Origin: an uncultured delta proteobacterium
GTDB taxonomy: Bacteria > Desulfobacterota > Desulfobacteria > Desulfobacterales > JAHEIW01
Length of the DNA: 64,000 nt
Reading direction: 5' to 3'
Assembly (NCBI GenBank): GCA_963706575.1
Contig: CAVPNL010000014.1
Coordinates: forward strand, 64,001-128,000
In this document: piece after piece, positions 28,372-37,770 of the stretch
Layout: each line of letters starts with the position of its first letter
Position numbering within the stretch: position 1 is the stretch's first letter
Made by a program: the position numbers and the translations under genes
The notes under the pieces: model-generated
What the model saw: only the letters and a program-made list of their open reading frames with translations
Told to the model about the DNA's origin: nothing
Databases searched by the model: none

Positions 28372-30303
28372 ATGGCTAAGGTTATTGGAATTGATCTCGG
28401 CACAACGAACTCATGTGTTGCAGTCATGGAAGGCGGTGACGCCAAGATCATCACAAATCCGGAGGGGGGGCGTACGACACCTTCAATTGTTGCGATTTCG
28501 GAAAGTGGTGAGCGGTTGGTGGGCCAGATCGCAAAGCGGCAGGCAATCACAAATCCGGAAAATACAGTCTTCGCGGTCAAGCGACTGATCGGGCGCAAAT
28601 TCAAATCAAAAGAAGTTCAAACCGACATCAAAATTCTTCCCTACAAAATCGAAGAAGCATCCAACGGAGACGTTCATATCAAAATCAGGGGCAAATCTTA
28701 CAGTCCGGCGGAGATCTCCTCCTTTATTCTGGCCGATATCAAACATTCAGCCGAGGAATATCTCGGAGAAAAATTGACGGATGCGGTCATTACGGTACCG
28801 GCTTATTTTGATGACAGCCAGCGTCAGGCGACAAAGGACGCCGGCAAAATTGCCGGTCTGAACGTATTGAGAATCATTAATGAACCCACAGCCGCATCGC
28901 TGGCTTATGGTTTGGATAAAAAGCGGGAAGAAAAGATCGCCGTATTTGATCTGGGTGGCGGTACGTTCGATATTTCCGTTCTTGAAATCGGTGAGGGCGT
29001 TTTCGAGGTTAAATCCACCAACGGTGACACCCATTTAGGTGGTGAGGATTTTGACTTGCGGTTAATCGATTTTCTGGCGGATGAATTCAAAAAGGATCAG
29101 GGAATTGATCTTCGCAGCGACAAAATGGCCCTGCAGCGGCTCAAAGAAGCAGCCGAAAAGGCCAAGATGGAACTGTCGACATCCATGGAAACCGATGTCA
29201 ATCTGCCCTTTATCACCGCCGATGCCAGCGGTCCCAAACACCTGAACATTAAGCTCACCCGGGCCAAACTGGAATCATTGGTCGCCGATTTGCTGGACAA
29301 ACTCGAACTGCCCTGCCGAACAGCCATGAAAGACGCCGGCCTGAGTTCCAAAGACATCAATGAGGTAATTTTGGTCGGCGGCATGACCCGTATGCCGGCG
29401 GTCCAGGAACGCGTCAAGAAAATTTTTGAAAAAGAGCCGCATAAAGGTGTCAATCCCGATGAAGTTGTTGCCCTCGGTGCCGGAATCCAGGGCGGGGTGC
29501 TGAAAGGGGATGTCAAAGATGTGCTGCTGCTGGATGTGACGCCGCTTTCGTTAGGTATAGAAACGCTGGGCGGTGTCATGACCCGTCTAATTGACAAAAA
29601 CACCACCATCCCGACCAAAAAAAGTCAGATATTTTCGACAGCCGCCGACAGCCAGCCGGCAGTATCGATTCACGTGTTGCAGGGCGAACGGGAAATGGCG
29701 GCCACCAATAAAACCCTGGGCCGTTTCGAACTGGTGGGCATACCGCCCGCCCCGCGAGGCGTGCCCCAGATCGAGGTTACCTTTGACATCGACGCTAACG
29801 GAATTGTCAACGTTTCGGCAAAAGACCAGGCCACCGGAAAAGAACAGTCGATTCAGATTACGGCTTCTTCGGGCCTATCCCAGGAAGAAATTGACCAGCT
29901 CGTTAAGGATGCCGAAATGCATGCCGAAGAGGATAAACAGAAAAGGGAATTGGTCGAAGCCCGCAATTCAGCCGATGCATTGATTTATTCAACCGAAAAA
30001 TCTATCAAGGATCTGGGCGATAAAGTCGACAGCGACACCAAAACCAAAGTTGAAGAATCCATTGCGGCGCTGCGCAAAGCCATGGAAGGCGAGGATACCG
30101 CCGAGATTACGCGTGTCAGCGAAGAACTCACCCAGACATCGCATAAACTGGCTGAAGCCATGTATCAACAGGCCTCTCAAAACGATCAACAGGCCGGGGC
30201 CGGTGCAGAATCCACCGAGCAGGCTGCCGGTGGTGCCGGTGCGGCGGACGAGGATGTGGTCGACGCCGATTTCGAAGAAGTTAAAGACGAAGACAAAAAG
30301 TAA
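28372..30303 (+). CDS. dnaK: Chaperone DnaK
   Basis: [23 protein letters not shown] and DADFEEV motifs. Confidence 0.99.
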   Translation: MAKVIGIDLGTTNSCVAVMEGGDAKIITNPEGGRTTPSIVAISESGERLVGQIAKRQAITNPENTVFAVKRLIGRKFKSKEVQTDIKILPYKIEEASNGDVHIKIRGKSYSPAEISSFILADIKHSAEEYLGEKLTDAVITVPAYFDDSQRQATKDAGKIAGLNVLRIINEPTAASLAYGLDKKREEKIAVFDLGGGTFDISVLEIGEGVFEVKSTNGDTHLGGEDFDLRLIDFLADEFKKDQGIDLRSDKMALQRLKEAAEKAKMELSTSMETDVNLPFITADASGPKHLNIKLTRAKLESLVADLLDKLELPCRTAMKDAGLSSKDINEVILVGGMTRMPAVQERVKKIFEKEPHKGVNPDEVVALGAGIQGGVLKGDVKDVLLLDVTPLSLGIETLGGVMTRLIDKNTTIPTKKSQIFSTAADSQPAVSIHVLQGEREMAATNKTLGRFELVGIPPAPRGVPQIEVTFDIDANGIVNVSAKDQATGKEQSIQITASSGLSQEEIDQLVKDAEMHAEEDKQKRELVEARNSADALIYSTEKSIKDLGDKVDSDTKTKVEESIAALRKAMEGEDTAEITRVSEELTQTSHKLAEAMYQQASQNDQQAGAGAESTEQAAGGAGAADEDVVDADFEEVKDEDKK

Positions 30304-30323
30304 TATGCTTTCAACGGTTTATG

Positions 30324-30364
30324 AAAAAATCCCGCAGAAGTCAGCTCAACTGCGGGATTTTTTT
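30324..30364 (+). terminator. Intrinsic (possibly bidirectional) terminator after dnaK
   Basis: AAAAAATCCCGCAG-loop-CTGCGGGATTTTTTT. Confidence 0.85.
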
Positions 30365-30404
30365 GGATGCTGAACCTGTCAACACGGACGAACAGAACCG
30401 GCAA

Positions 30405-31002
30405 ATGAGCAACTACGCTGAGATCATCAAACAATATCTCGATCGGCTATACAACTCAGATTCCGATGGATCTGGCAGATAGACTGCCCGCACAAACCGT
30501 CGGAGATGATTTTGTCTTTGAGGCATTTGGGGAATCCTGCCAAATTGGACCGCAGGGCATCAAACTCGGCGATACAACTGAAACCGGACCGAAAGGGGTC
30601 ATCATCTCTTTGTACGCGTTACAGGCAGCCCTTGATTCTTGCGAGTTAACGCCGTTTAAAGCGTTTCGCGAAATGCCCGACAGCATGCCCTATGTCGGGG
30701 CGTTTGCTGCGCATGCGGAACGGGTTTTAATCGATCAGATTGACGGGATCGAATCTCATGCAGATCGAATCGCTCAGCAACTCAAGGGGTCAAAGGGATC
30801 GGATAATGACGCCGGTGATTTTTCATTGATTGTCTACCCGCTGCCCAAAATCGCTTTAAACTATATTTTTTACCGGGCAGATGATGATTTTCCGGTCTCG
30901 GTAACCTGTCTTTTCTCCAATAATGCCGCGACATTTTTACCCACCGACGCACTGGCCGATACCGGTGAATATACCTCCAAAAAAATACTGGAAATCCTTT
31001 AG
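30405..31002 (+). pseudogene. DUF3786-like protein with an apparent +1 frameshift near codon 17 (or a sequencing error)
   Basis: MSNYAEIIKQYLDRLYN from 30405 continues in another frame as QIPMDLADRLP; C-terminal PLPKI...ADDDFP...LF motif. Confidence 0.55.
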
Positions 31003-31174
31003 CCCATCCAAACGATCCTGATCCAGGAGATGGCGAGCTGGCGGTCGGTGATACTTAACATGTCGTTTTACAATTTTCTGTATTTACAAAAATCTAATAA
31101 TTCCTATTATTGTAAAGGTTGAATTGTTTTTTGATGATTGTTTACAACGGAATACAAATGAAGGAGAAATGCAC

Positions 31175-31621
31175 ATGGAAGTAACAAAAGTTCTCTGGCC
31201 GACTGACTTTTCAAACAGCGCGGAAAAAGCGTTGCCGTATGTGACTTCATTAACCCAAAAATATCAGGCCGAGATCCATGTTCTTTATGTGATCGAGGAT
31301 ATTGCCCATCATGAATCCTGGTATGGTGATTTTGATCGCACGCATGTGGACAAATTAATGGATTGGGCGGAAAAATCAGCCACTAAAAGACTGGAACAGG
31401 TCTGTGAAAAATATCTGGACAGCTGTCCCCTTTATATCAAGCATATCGCCGTCGGCGATCCGGCCCAGGAGATCTTAAAGCTGATCGATAAAGAGAAGGT
31501 GGATATGGTCGTAATGGCCAGCCATGGGGAAAAAGGGCATTATCGCTTTGGCAGTGTCACTGAAAAAGTGGTCAAAAACTCCCCGATTCCGGTCACCACC
31601 ATCCCCATCGAAGCGCGGTAA
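31175..31621 (+). CDS. Universal stress protein
   Basis: VLWPTDFS, GDPAQEI and VMASHG...FGSVTEKVV motifs. Confidence 0.93.
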   Translation: MEVTKVLWPTDFSNSAEKALPYVTSLTQKYQAEIHVLYVIEDIAHHESWYGDFDRTHVDKLMDWAEKSATKRLEQVCEKYLDSCPLYIKHIAVGDPAQEILKLIDKEKVDMVVMASHGEKGHYRFGSVTEKVVKNSPIPVTTIPIEAR

Positions 31622-31627
31622 CCGCGC

Positions 31628-31852
31628 TTCGAGGTTCAAAGGTTCAGGGTTCAGCGTTCAGGGGTTCTTCCCTTTGACGGCTCAGCTATTAGTTTAATCG
31701 AGTCGTTAATTGGTTGAACGGTCAAATAGTTTAGAATGGGTAGAATCCTCTGACGAATTGACCATTCAACTAATCAACTATTTAACTATGCCGTATGATC
31801 CCTACTTTCTGTAATCTAACCTCTGAACCTTTGAACGGAGAACCTTGAAACC
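31628..31852. repeat. Nested inverted arrays (outer GGTTCA/TGAACC, inner TGGTCAAA/TTGACCA)
   Basis: Located between convergent genes; inner arms match the 11.5 kb family. Confidence 0.75.
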
Positions 31853-31864
31853 CGACATCCGGGG

Positions 31865-32329
31865 CTACCCACCGGATGTTTGGGGAAAGGCCGTATTGGC
31901 GTAAAGATATTCCATTTTCTCTTTATGCTTCAACTCTTCGTTGGCCATTTTCAACAGCATTTCCCGCAAGTCTCCGTCAGCGTGCAGGTTGGCCAGCTCG
32001 GTGTAAAAGTGATGGGAGCGGAGTTCCCTGTGAGAAGCCACCAGATAAACATCCGCGGGTTTTGATTTTTCACCTACCTCGGGCTCTTCCAGATACTCTG
32101 CAATTTTATAATCAACCGCATCACTCATCCGCAAAGCTGTGGCGCCTAAACCGCCGTCGCGATAACTCACCAAAAAAGCCTTATGCTTCTTTTCTTCGCC
32201 GGCAATAAATTCCAGGGTATCTTTGACATTCGCGTCAACGACCTTTGAATGGATGTCCATATAGAAGTCGTAGGCGTCCTCCTCCCTTTTGATGGCAATC
32301 TCAATAATATCGGAAACTCTTTTTTCCAT
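31865..32329 (-). CDS. Rubrerythrin/ferritin-like di-iron protein
   Basis: E..A..FY / EE.KH motif pattern occurring twice. Confidence 0.88.
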   Translation of the reverse strand: MEKRVSDIIEIAIKREEDAYDFYMDIHSKVVDANVKDTLEFIAGEEKKHKAFLVSYRDGGLGATALRMSDAVDYKIAEYLEEPEVGEKSKPADVYLVASHRELRSHHFYTELANLHADGDLREMLLKMANEELKHKEKMEYLYANTAFPQTSGG

Positions 32330-32561
32330 TGGTGTGTCTCCTCTTTTCATTATTCCAATTATCGGGTATGCATCCTATGTGCTCTGCTTCTATTGTTTCA
32401 GGTTTCGGGCCTTCGCCGCGCCGAAGCGGCTGCGTCCGCGCAGGCGGGTGTCAGTGTTTTGGCCGCTGGCTTCCTGCTTCTGGCCAGTGACCGGGAGCCA
32501 GCGGCCAAAGACCAGTGGATAGAGTCCAGTGGCCGGTTGATTCATAACATAAAAATAGATA

Positions 32562-32710
32562 TAAATGAAGCACCCCGCAGCTTGCTGCGGGGTATCAAAG
32601 CGGAATTGCGCCGTAGCCTAACCCGCATTCGCTCAGAGGAGCTACGGCGCGGTTCGCCTCGCCTTTCATCCCAGCAGCAAGCTGCAAGTATTCAGGCGAA
32701 GGCGAATAAA
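32562..32710. mobile_element. Structured non-coding element resembling a non-autonomous IS200/IS605-type remnant
   Basis: Hairpin ACCCCGCAGC-TT-GCTGCGGGGT, degenerate second copy CCCAGCAGCAAGCTGC, two further stems. Confidence 0.45.
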
Positions 32711-32750
32711 ATTACGTCAACTCACCGAAACGAAAAAGAGGTCAACACCC

Positions 32751-34595
32751 ATGGAAAATAACATAACAATGTCAACCGCGATCCTGGAGGCTTTTGATGA
32801 CGGTATTTATGTCATGAATCAGGATCTGGTGGTTGAATATATGAACAGCGCCATGATTGCACAATTTGGCGATGGTATCGGTAAAAAATGTCACGAATTG
32901 ATCAATCAATCGGATGAAAAGTGTTCCTGGTGCCGATCAGATGAAATATTTGAAGGCGAAAAAATCAGCCGAGAAGTATATGTCCCTGTGGTTGATAAGA
33001 CCTATTACCTAACAGAAATACCTTTCGAAAATAATGATAAAAGCATTTTAAAGCTGAGTGTTTATCGTGACATCACCGAAAGGAAAAAGCGCGAAGAAAT
33101 GCTCAGGGCCTCGGAAGAGGAATTTAAAAATCTATTCGAACATGTGGCCTGCGGGGTGTTCATCAGCAGCAAAGAAGGAAAATTTCTAAATGCCAACCGT
33201 GCCCTTCTGGATATGCTGGGTTATGATAATAAAGAAGAATTTTTAAACATTGATATCGCCAAGGATCTTTATGTTCGTCCGCAAGAACGCCAAAAATTCA
33301 AAGAAATGATCGAACGCGACGGCCGGGTAATTAATTACGAAGTCGAATTTAAACGCAAAGACGGTGGCACGGTGCCTGTCCTGCTCACCGGTCATGTCCG
33401 TTATGATCAACAGGGGAATGTGATCGGCTATGAAGGGCTCAATCTGGATATCACCCGTAGAAAGCTGATGGAGCGCCAGCTGAGGGAGGCCCATGATTTT
33501 ATCAACAAAATCATACAAAGCTCACCCAATGCCATCACCGCCACCGACATGTTAGGCAATATCCTGATCTGGAATCGCGCGGCTGAAGAAACCATCGGGT
33601 ATAAGGCGGCCGATGTCATCGGTAAAATGAATATCCAAAAGATTTACCCCGATGGAATGGCGCGCAAGGTCATGCAGATGCTGCGCAAACCGGAGCGTGG
33701 CGGGGTCGGCCGGCTGAATGCCTATCCCATGGTGTATGTGCGACAGGACGGTGCGGTTACTGAAGGCCATCTTTCAGCGGCCATAATTTATGACTCCAGC
33801 GGCAAGGAGATTGCAACCGTCGGTTCATTTGTAGATCTGAAGGAACGCCTGGAAATGGAACGCGCACTGCGGCGAACTCAGGAGCAACTGCTGCAGTCCG
33901 AGAAACTGGCTGCCATGGGACGGTTGACCTCCCAGATTGCCCATGAATTAAATAACCCGCTTTATGGTATTATGAACACCCTTGAACTGCTGAAGACCGA
34001 GATTTCCCCCGAGAGCAAACGCCGTAAGATTCTGGAAATGGCGCTGTCCGAAACCGTCAGACTCAGCGATTTGCTGCGTAAAATGCTTTCGTTTTCCAAA
34101 CCCGACCAGGAAGAAAAACAGGCCGTCGATCTGAATACGGTTGTGGATGAAATTCTGCTACTGCACGAAAAGCAACTGCAGGAAAACGATATCAAAATCA
34201 AAACATCTTTTGCAAAAACGCTTCCGCAAATCTGCGCTTCTAAAAATCAGCTGCGACAGGTTTTTTTGAACCTTGTGGCAAACGCCCGCGACGCGATGCC
34301 CAGCGGTGGTACATTGAGAGTGAAAACCGAGGCAGACAAAGAAAATGTAAAAATTGAGATCGCAGATAGCGGTGTAGGCATCGAAAAAGAGCACATTAAA
34401 AAAATTTTTGACAGCTTCTTTACCACAAAAGACACCGTTAAAGGGGTTGGCCTGGGCTTATCCGTTTGCTACGGTTTCATTAAAGATCATGGCGGGGATA
34501 TTGAAGTAAAAAGCAAGGTGAATGAAGGTACGACCTTTAGCATTACGTTTCCCGTCTATAAAGAATCCACCGAAGATAGTGAAACGATTGAATAA
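32751..34595 (+). CDS. Cytoplasmic multi-PAS sensor histidine kinase
   Basis: Three PAS-like domains; AHELNNP H-box; N, G1, F and G2 boxes; no TM. Confidence 0.93.
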   Translation: MENNITMSTAILEAFDDGIYVMNQDLVVEYMNSAMIAQFGDGIGKKCHELINQSDEKCSWCRSDEIFEGEKISREVYVPVVDKTYYLTEIPFENNDKSILKLSVYRDITERKKREEMLRASEEEFKNLFEHVACGVFISSKEGKFLNANRALLDMLGYDNKEEFLNIDIAKDLYVRPQERQKFKEMIERDGRVINYEVEFKRKDGGTVPVLLTGHVRYDQQGNVIGYEGLNLDITRRKLMERQLREAHDFINKIIQSSPNAITATDMLGNILIWNRAAEETIGYKAADVIGKMNIQKIYPDGMARKVMQMLRKPERGGVGRLNAYPMVYVRQDGAVTEGHLSAAIIYDSSGKEIATVGSFVDLKERLEMERALRRTQEQLLQSEKLAAMGRLTSQIAHELNNPLYGIMNTLELLKTEISPESKRRKILEMALSETVRLSDLLRKMLSFSKPDQEEKQAVDLNTVVDEILLLHEKQLQENDIKIKTSFAKTLPQICASKNQLRQVFLNLVANARDAMPSGGTLRVKTEADKENVKIEIADSGVGIEKEHIKKIFDSFFTTKDTVKGVGLGLSVCYGFIKDHGGDIEVKSKVNEGTTFSITFPVYKESTEDSETIE

Positions 34596-34998
34596 GGAAT
34601 TTTTCTTGACATTTAGGTGGGTTTTCAAATATTTAAAAGCCTAGCCTTTGTTCGCATGGGATTCAATTTCAGGCCTCGAGCTCGATCTCATAATCAACTC
34701 ACACGACTATTCATACTCTCCCGTGAAAGTGTTTCTCAACATCTAATTTTTTTCTCCCTCAAGTAGATACTGGTTTTTCCTATATACTGGCTGAAAAAAT
34801 CGCGAAAAGTTAAATCGCATAACGGCTTTATAGTGGTTGTCAAAAAAACGTTACGATATTTAAACGTTTTTTTCTACAACCGTACAACCGTTTATACCGC
34901 AATTCCGCAATTCGGAACATTATTATGAAAAGCGGTATAAAGACCGGTTTCCTGGAACACGATCCTAACGCGTGTTAGGAGAAAGGAGGGAATTCAAC

Positions 34999-35454
34999 AT
35001 GACCGAGCACAATCAGGGATGGGAAATGCACATTACGGAAATGGACCTTTTTACAGGTCTAGATTTGAATGTAATGGGTGAGATTGCCGACGCTTGCTGC
35101 GTTGAGGAAGATTTTACGAAAGGCACGGTGATCTTTAAAGAGGGGGATGAAGCCAAATTCCTTTACATCTTGGTGAATGGAACAGTGGATCTTAAAATCA
35201 AAGGTGAGACAACCGTCTACAGTTTGACAGAGCAAAGTGATATTTTTGGTTGGTCGAGTATGGTTGAAAATACGCAATATACCGCCACCGCCGTATGTAA
35301 CAGGGATATTAAGGTAATCAAGATTGATACACGTCGATTAAATAGGCTGTTTAATGAAAATCCTATCTTCGGGCTTACGGTTTACCGAAGGCTATGCAGT
35401 GTATTCAATAAAAGGCTCTCAAGCATTTATAAAAGGTTTTTATCCGTCAAATAA
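34999..35454 (+). CDS. Stand-alone cyclic nucleotide-binding domain protein
   Basis: IFKEGD...LYILVNG.V...IFGWSS...TATA; no HTH. Confidence 0.85.
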   Translation: MTEHNQGWEMHITEMDLFTGLDLNVMGEIADACCVEEDFTKGTVIFKEGDEAKFLYILVNGTVDLKIKGETTVYSLTEQSDIFGWSSMVENTQYTATAVCNRDIKVIKIDTRRLNRLFNENPIFGLTVYRRLCSVFNKRLSSIYKRFLSVK

Positions 35455-36049
35455 CTGGAATACCCTGCAGCTGTGATTTTGGCTTCCAGGAACAGGCTGC
35501 CCGGTAGTGCGCTTCTGTTCAAATCATCAGATTAATTAAGCTTTTGATTTTAATCATGAAATTAAAATATATGTATTAAAAATCCCACGCAACATCAGTC
35601 TTTTTGTAACGCATATGAAATCAGAATATCGAGTTGCACATCTGAATAATCCCTTCCATATAGACCTGCAATGAGAAGTGAGAAGTCCCTTCAAATTACA
35701 AAATAAAATGCGGCAATCCAGGTCAATAATTTCAAAGGTGCGGCGTTTGGTATCTAGTCTGAAGAGGAGTATTTACGGGATTTTATAAATTAACCTGAAA
35801 AAACTATAAAAACTATAATTTATGAATTTTTTTTATACGATTTATTTGATCCATTTATAATATAATATAATGAATATTAAGGGTTATTTTAAAAAATGCT
35901 TGACAAAATGATAAAACTATATTTATTAGAATAACTGTAATAACTGAAATATGCCGCGATACAGAATTGCGGCATAAGTGGTGGTTGAAAAAACGTTTGA
36001 AAATTATAACGTTTTTTTGATAGCCACTATAAGCGAAAGGAGCGTTCCT

Positions 36050-36622
36050 ATGGAAGACGTATTGACCGTTTTCAAGGCCAGTCAACTCTGCAACGTGTCG
36101 GCCAAAACCATTATCAATTGGATCGAGTCCGGTCATATCAAAGCATACAAAACTGTGGGCGGACACCGCCGCATCAACCGCTCGGATCTGGAATATTTTA
36201 TGAAAAAACAAGGCATTCCGATTCCAGCACCGGAAACAGACAGCTCTAAAAAGAAGATCCTGGTGGTCGACGATGACCCCATCATTGTTGAAACCATCGT
36301 GCAGGCGCTGGAAGAGGACGAATTTGATTACGAGGTTATTTCAGCTTCCGATGGATTTGAAGCCGGGCTGCAGATCAATCATTTTGCACCCCACCTGCTG
36401 ATCCTGGATATTATGATGCCGGATATTAAAGGCTATGAAGTCTGCAAAAAAATTAAGGAAAATCCCGAAACGGCCAACACCAAAATCATCGTACTGTCCG
36501 CCTATCTGGACGAAGATAAGTTTAAAAAGATGAAACAGTACGGCGCGGATGCCTGTTTTTCCAAACCGTTTCCGTTGCCCCAGCTAAAAGAAGAGGTAGC
36601 CCGTTTGCTCGAGTTGCGCTAA
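36050..36622 (+). CDS. Response regulator with N-terminal excisionase/MerR-like HTH
   Basis: LTVFKAS..CNVS..TI.NW...KTVGGHRRI plus REC domain (VVDDD, LDIMMP, SKP). Confidence 0.9.
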   Translation: MEDVLTVFKASQLCNVSAKTIINWIESGHIKAYKTVGGHRRINRSDLEYFMKKQGIPIPAPETDSSKKKILVVDDDPIIVETIVQALEEDEFDYEVISASDGFEAGLQINHFAPHLLILDIMMPDIKGYEVCKKIKENPETANTKIIVLSAYLDEDKFKKMKQYGADACFSKPFPLPQLKEEVARLLELR

Positions 36623-36679
36623 GCGCATGCGCTTAGAGACAGAGAATAGGGCAACCCCATAACCAGCCAAGGAGGCACC

Positions 36680-37555
36680 ATGAAACTAAAGGAAGCCTTG
36701 AAAAAAAAGCAATTTGTCGTGACCTCAGAAATCCAGGCACCCATCGATCAGGAACCGGAAGATCTTGTCCAGAGTCTATCGAAAGTACGAGGGCGTGTTG
36801 ATGGCGTTTCACTGTCTGAAGTAGAATTCGAAGGGGTCGTCGGCGATACAATCAAAACCTGCCAGCTTTTAGATCAAAATCAATTCGAGCCCATTTACCA
36901 GACCACCACCCGGGACAAAAATCGCCTGCAGCTGCAAAAAGATCTGGTTGAGGCCCACGAGGCCGGAATTGAAAATCTTCTGGTTTTTACAGAAGATTAC
37001 CGCATCACCGGTGACAGCTTGCAGGAAATGATGTTTTTCCATGTTGATGCCGGCAAACTGCAATCCGTGCTGCAGCATATTAAAGAGGGACAGACTGTTG
37101 AAGGCGATTCCCTGAAGTCCAAAGCCGATTTTCTGGTGGGCTCCGGCGTGGAATCCGCCTGGGGCAAAAATGTCCCCGATTTGGAAATGAAGGAAATGGA
37201 GGAGATGACCAAACTCGGCACCGGTTATTTTCTGACGACGCCGATTTTCGATGTCGATCAATTCGCAAAATTTATTAACCGCGTCGATACGTTTAATGTG
37301 CCGGTCATCGCCGAGGTCATGATCCTGCGAACCGCCGGCATGGGACGTTTTCTCAACCGTCATCTGAAATCCGGGCTGGTGCCGGAGTGGATCATCCAAA
37401 AATTGGCCCAGGCCCCTGACAAGCAAAAAGCCAGCACCGAAATATTCGCGGATATCGTCACCGCCCTGAAGGATCTCTGTCAGGGAGTTCACATCATCAC
37501 CATCGGTGGTGAAGAAAAACTCAAGTATTATCTGGATGCGGCCAAACTCAAGTAG
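36680..37555 (+). CDS. Divergent methylenetetrahydrofolate reductase (MetF)-like protein
   Basis: Aligns along its length with the MetF at 45007, with several conserved positions changed. Confidence 0.8.
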   Translation: MKLKEALKKKQFVVTSEIQAPIDQEPEDLVQSLSKVRGRVDGVSLSEVEFEGVVGDTIKTCQLLDQNQFEPIYQTTTRDKNRLQLQKDLVEAHEAGIENLLVFTEDYRITGDSLQEMMFFHVDAGKLQSVLQHIKEGQTVEGDSLKSKADFLVGSGVESAWGKNVPDLEMKEMEEMTKLGTGYFLTTPIFDVDQFAKFINRVDTFNVPVIAEVMILRTAGMGRFLNRHLKSGLVPEWIIQKLAQAPDKQKASTEIFADIVTALKDLCQGVHIITIGGEEKLKYYLDAAKLK

Positions 37556-37625
37556 TCTACTTTTACAAGTAAAAGACCCCGATCGTTTCTGGTCTAATTC
37601 ATTCTTTTTATTGGCTCTATAAACC

Positions 37626-37746
37626 GGAATATTGGAATGCTGGAAGATTGGAATAATGAGCGTAAATTCTGAAATAGCTTTTATAAAATCAGACTGAAAA
37701 TCCTCTGACCCCATCATTCCATAATTCCATAATTCCATTTTTCCAT
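37626..37746. repeat. Inverted 8-mer array (TGGAAT family)
   Basis: ggaatattggaatgctggaagattggaataatg...cattccataattccataattcca. Confidence 0.75.
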
Positions 37747-37770
37747 TTGGGATTGAAAGGAGTCAGCCGC

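Noticed and set aside
31865..31890. C-terminal GG on the rubrerythrin-like protein as a ubiquitin-like conjugation tail
   Set aside because: The fold is ferritin-like, not beta-grasp, and no E1/ThiF gene is adjacent
32249..32761. 170-aa ORF and the overlapping 77-aa ORF
   Set aside because: They overlap the rubrerythrin-like gene antisense and run through GC-rich hairpin repeats
36050..36200. Excisionase marking a prophage or integrative element
   Set aside because: The HTH is fused to a receiver domain; no integrase, att site or phage gene is nearby
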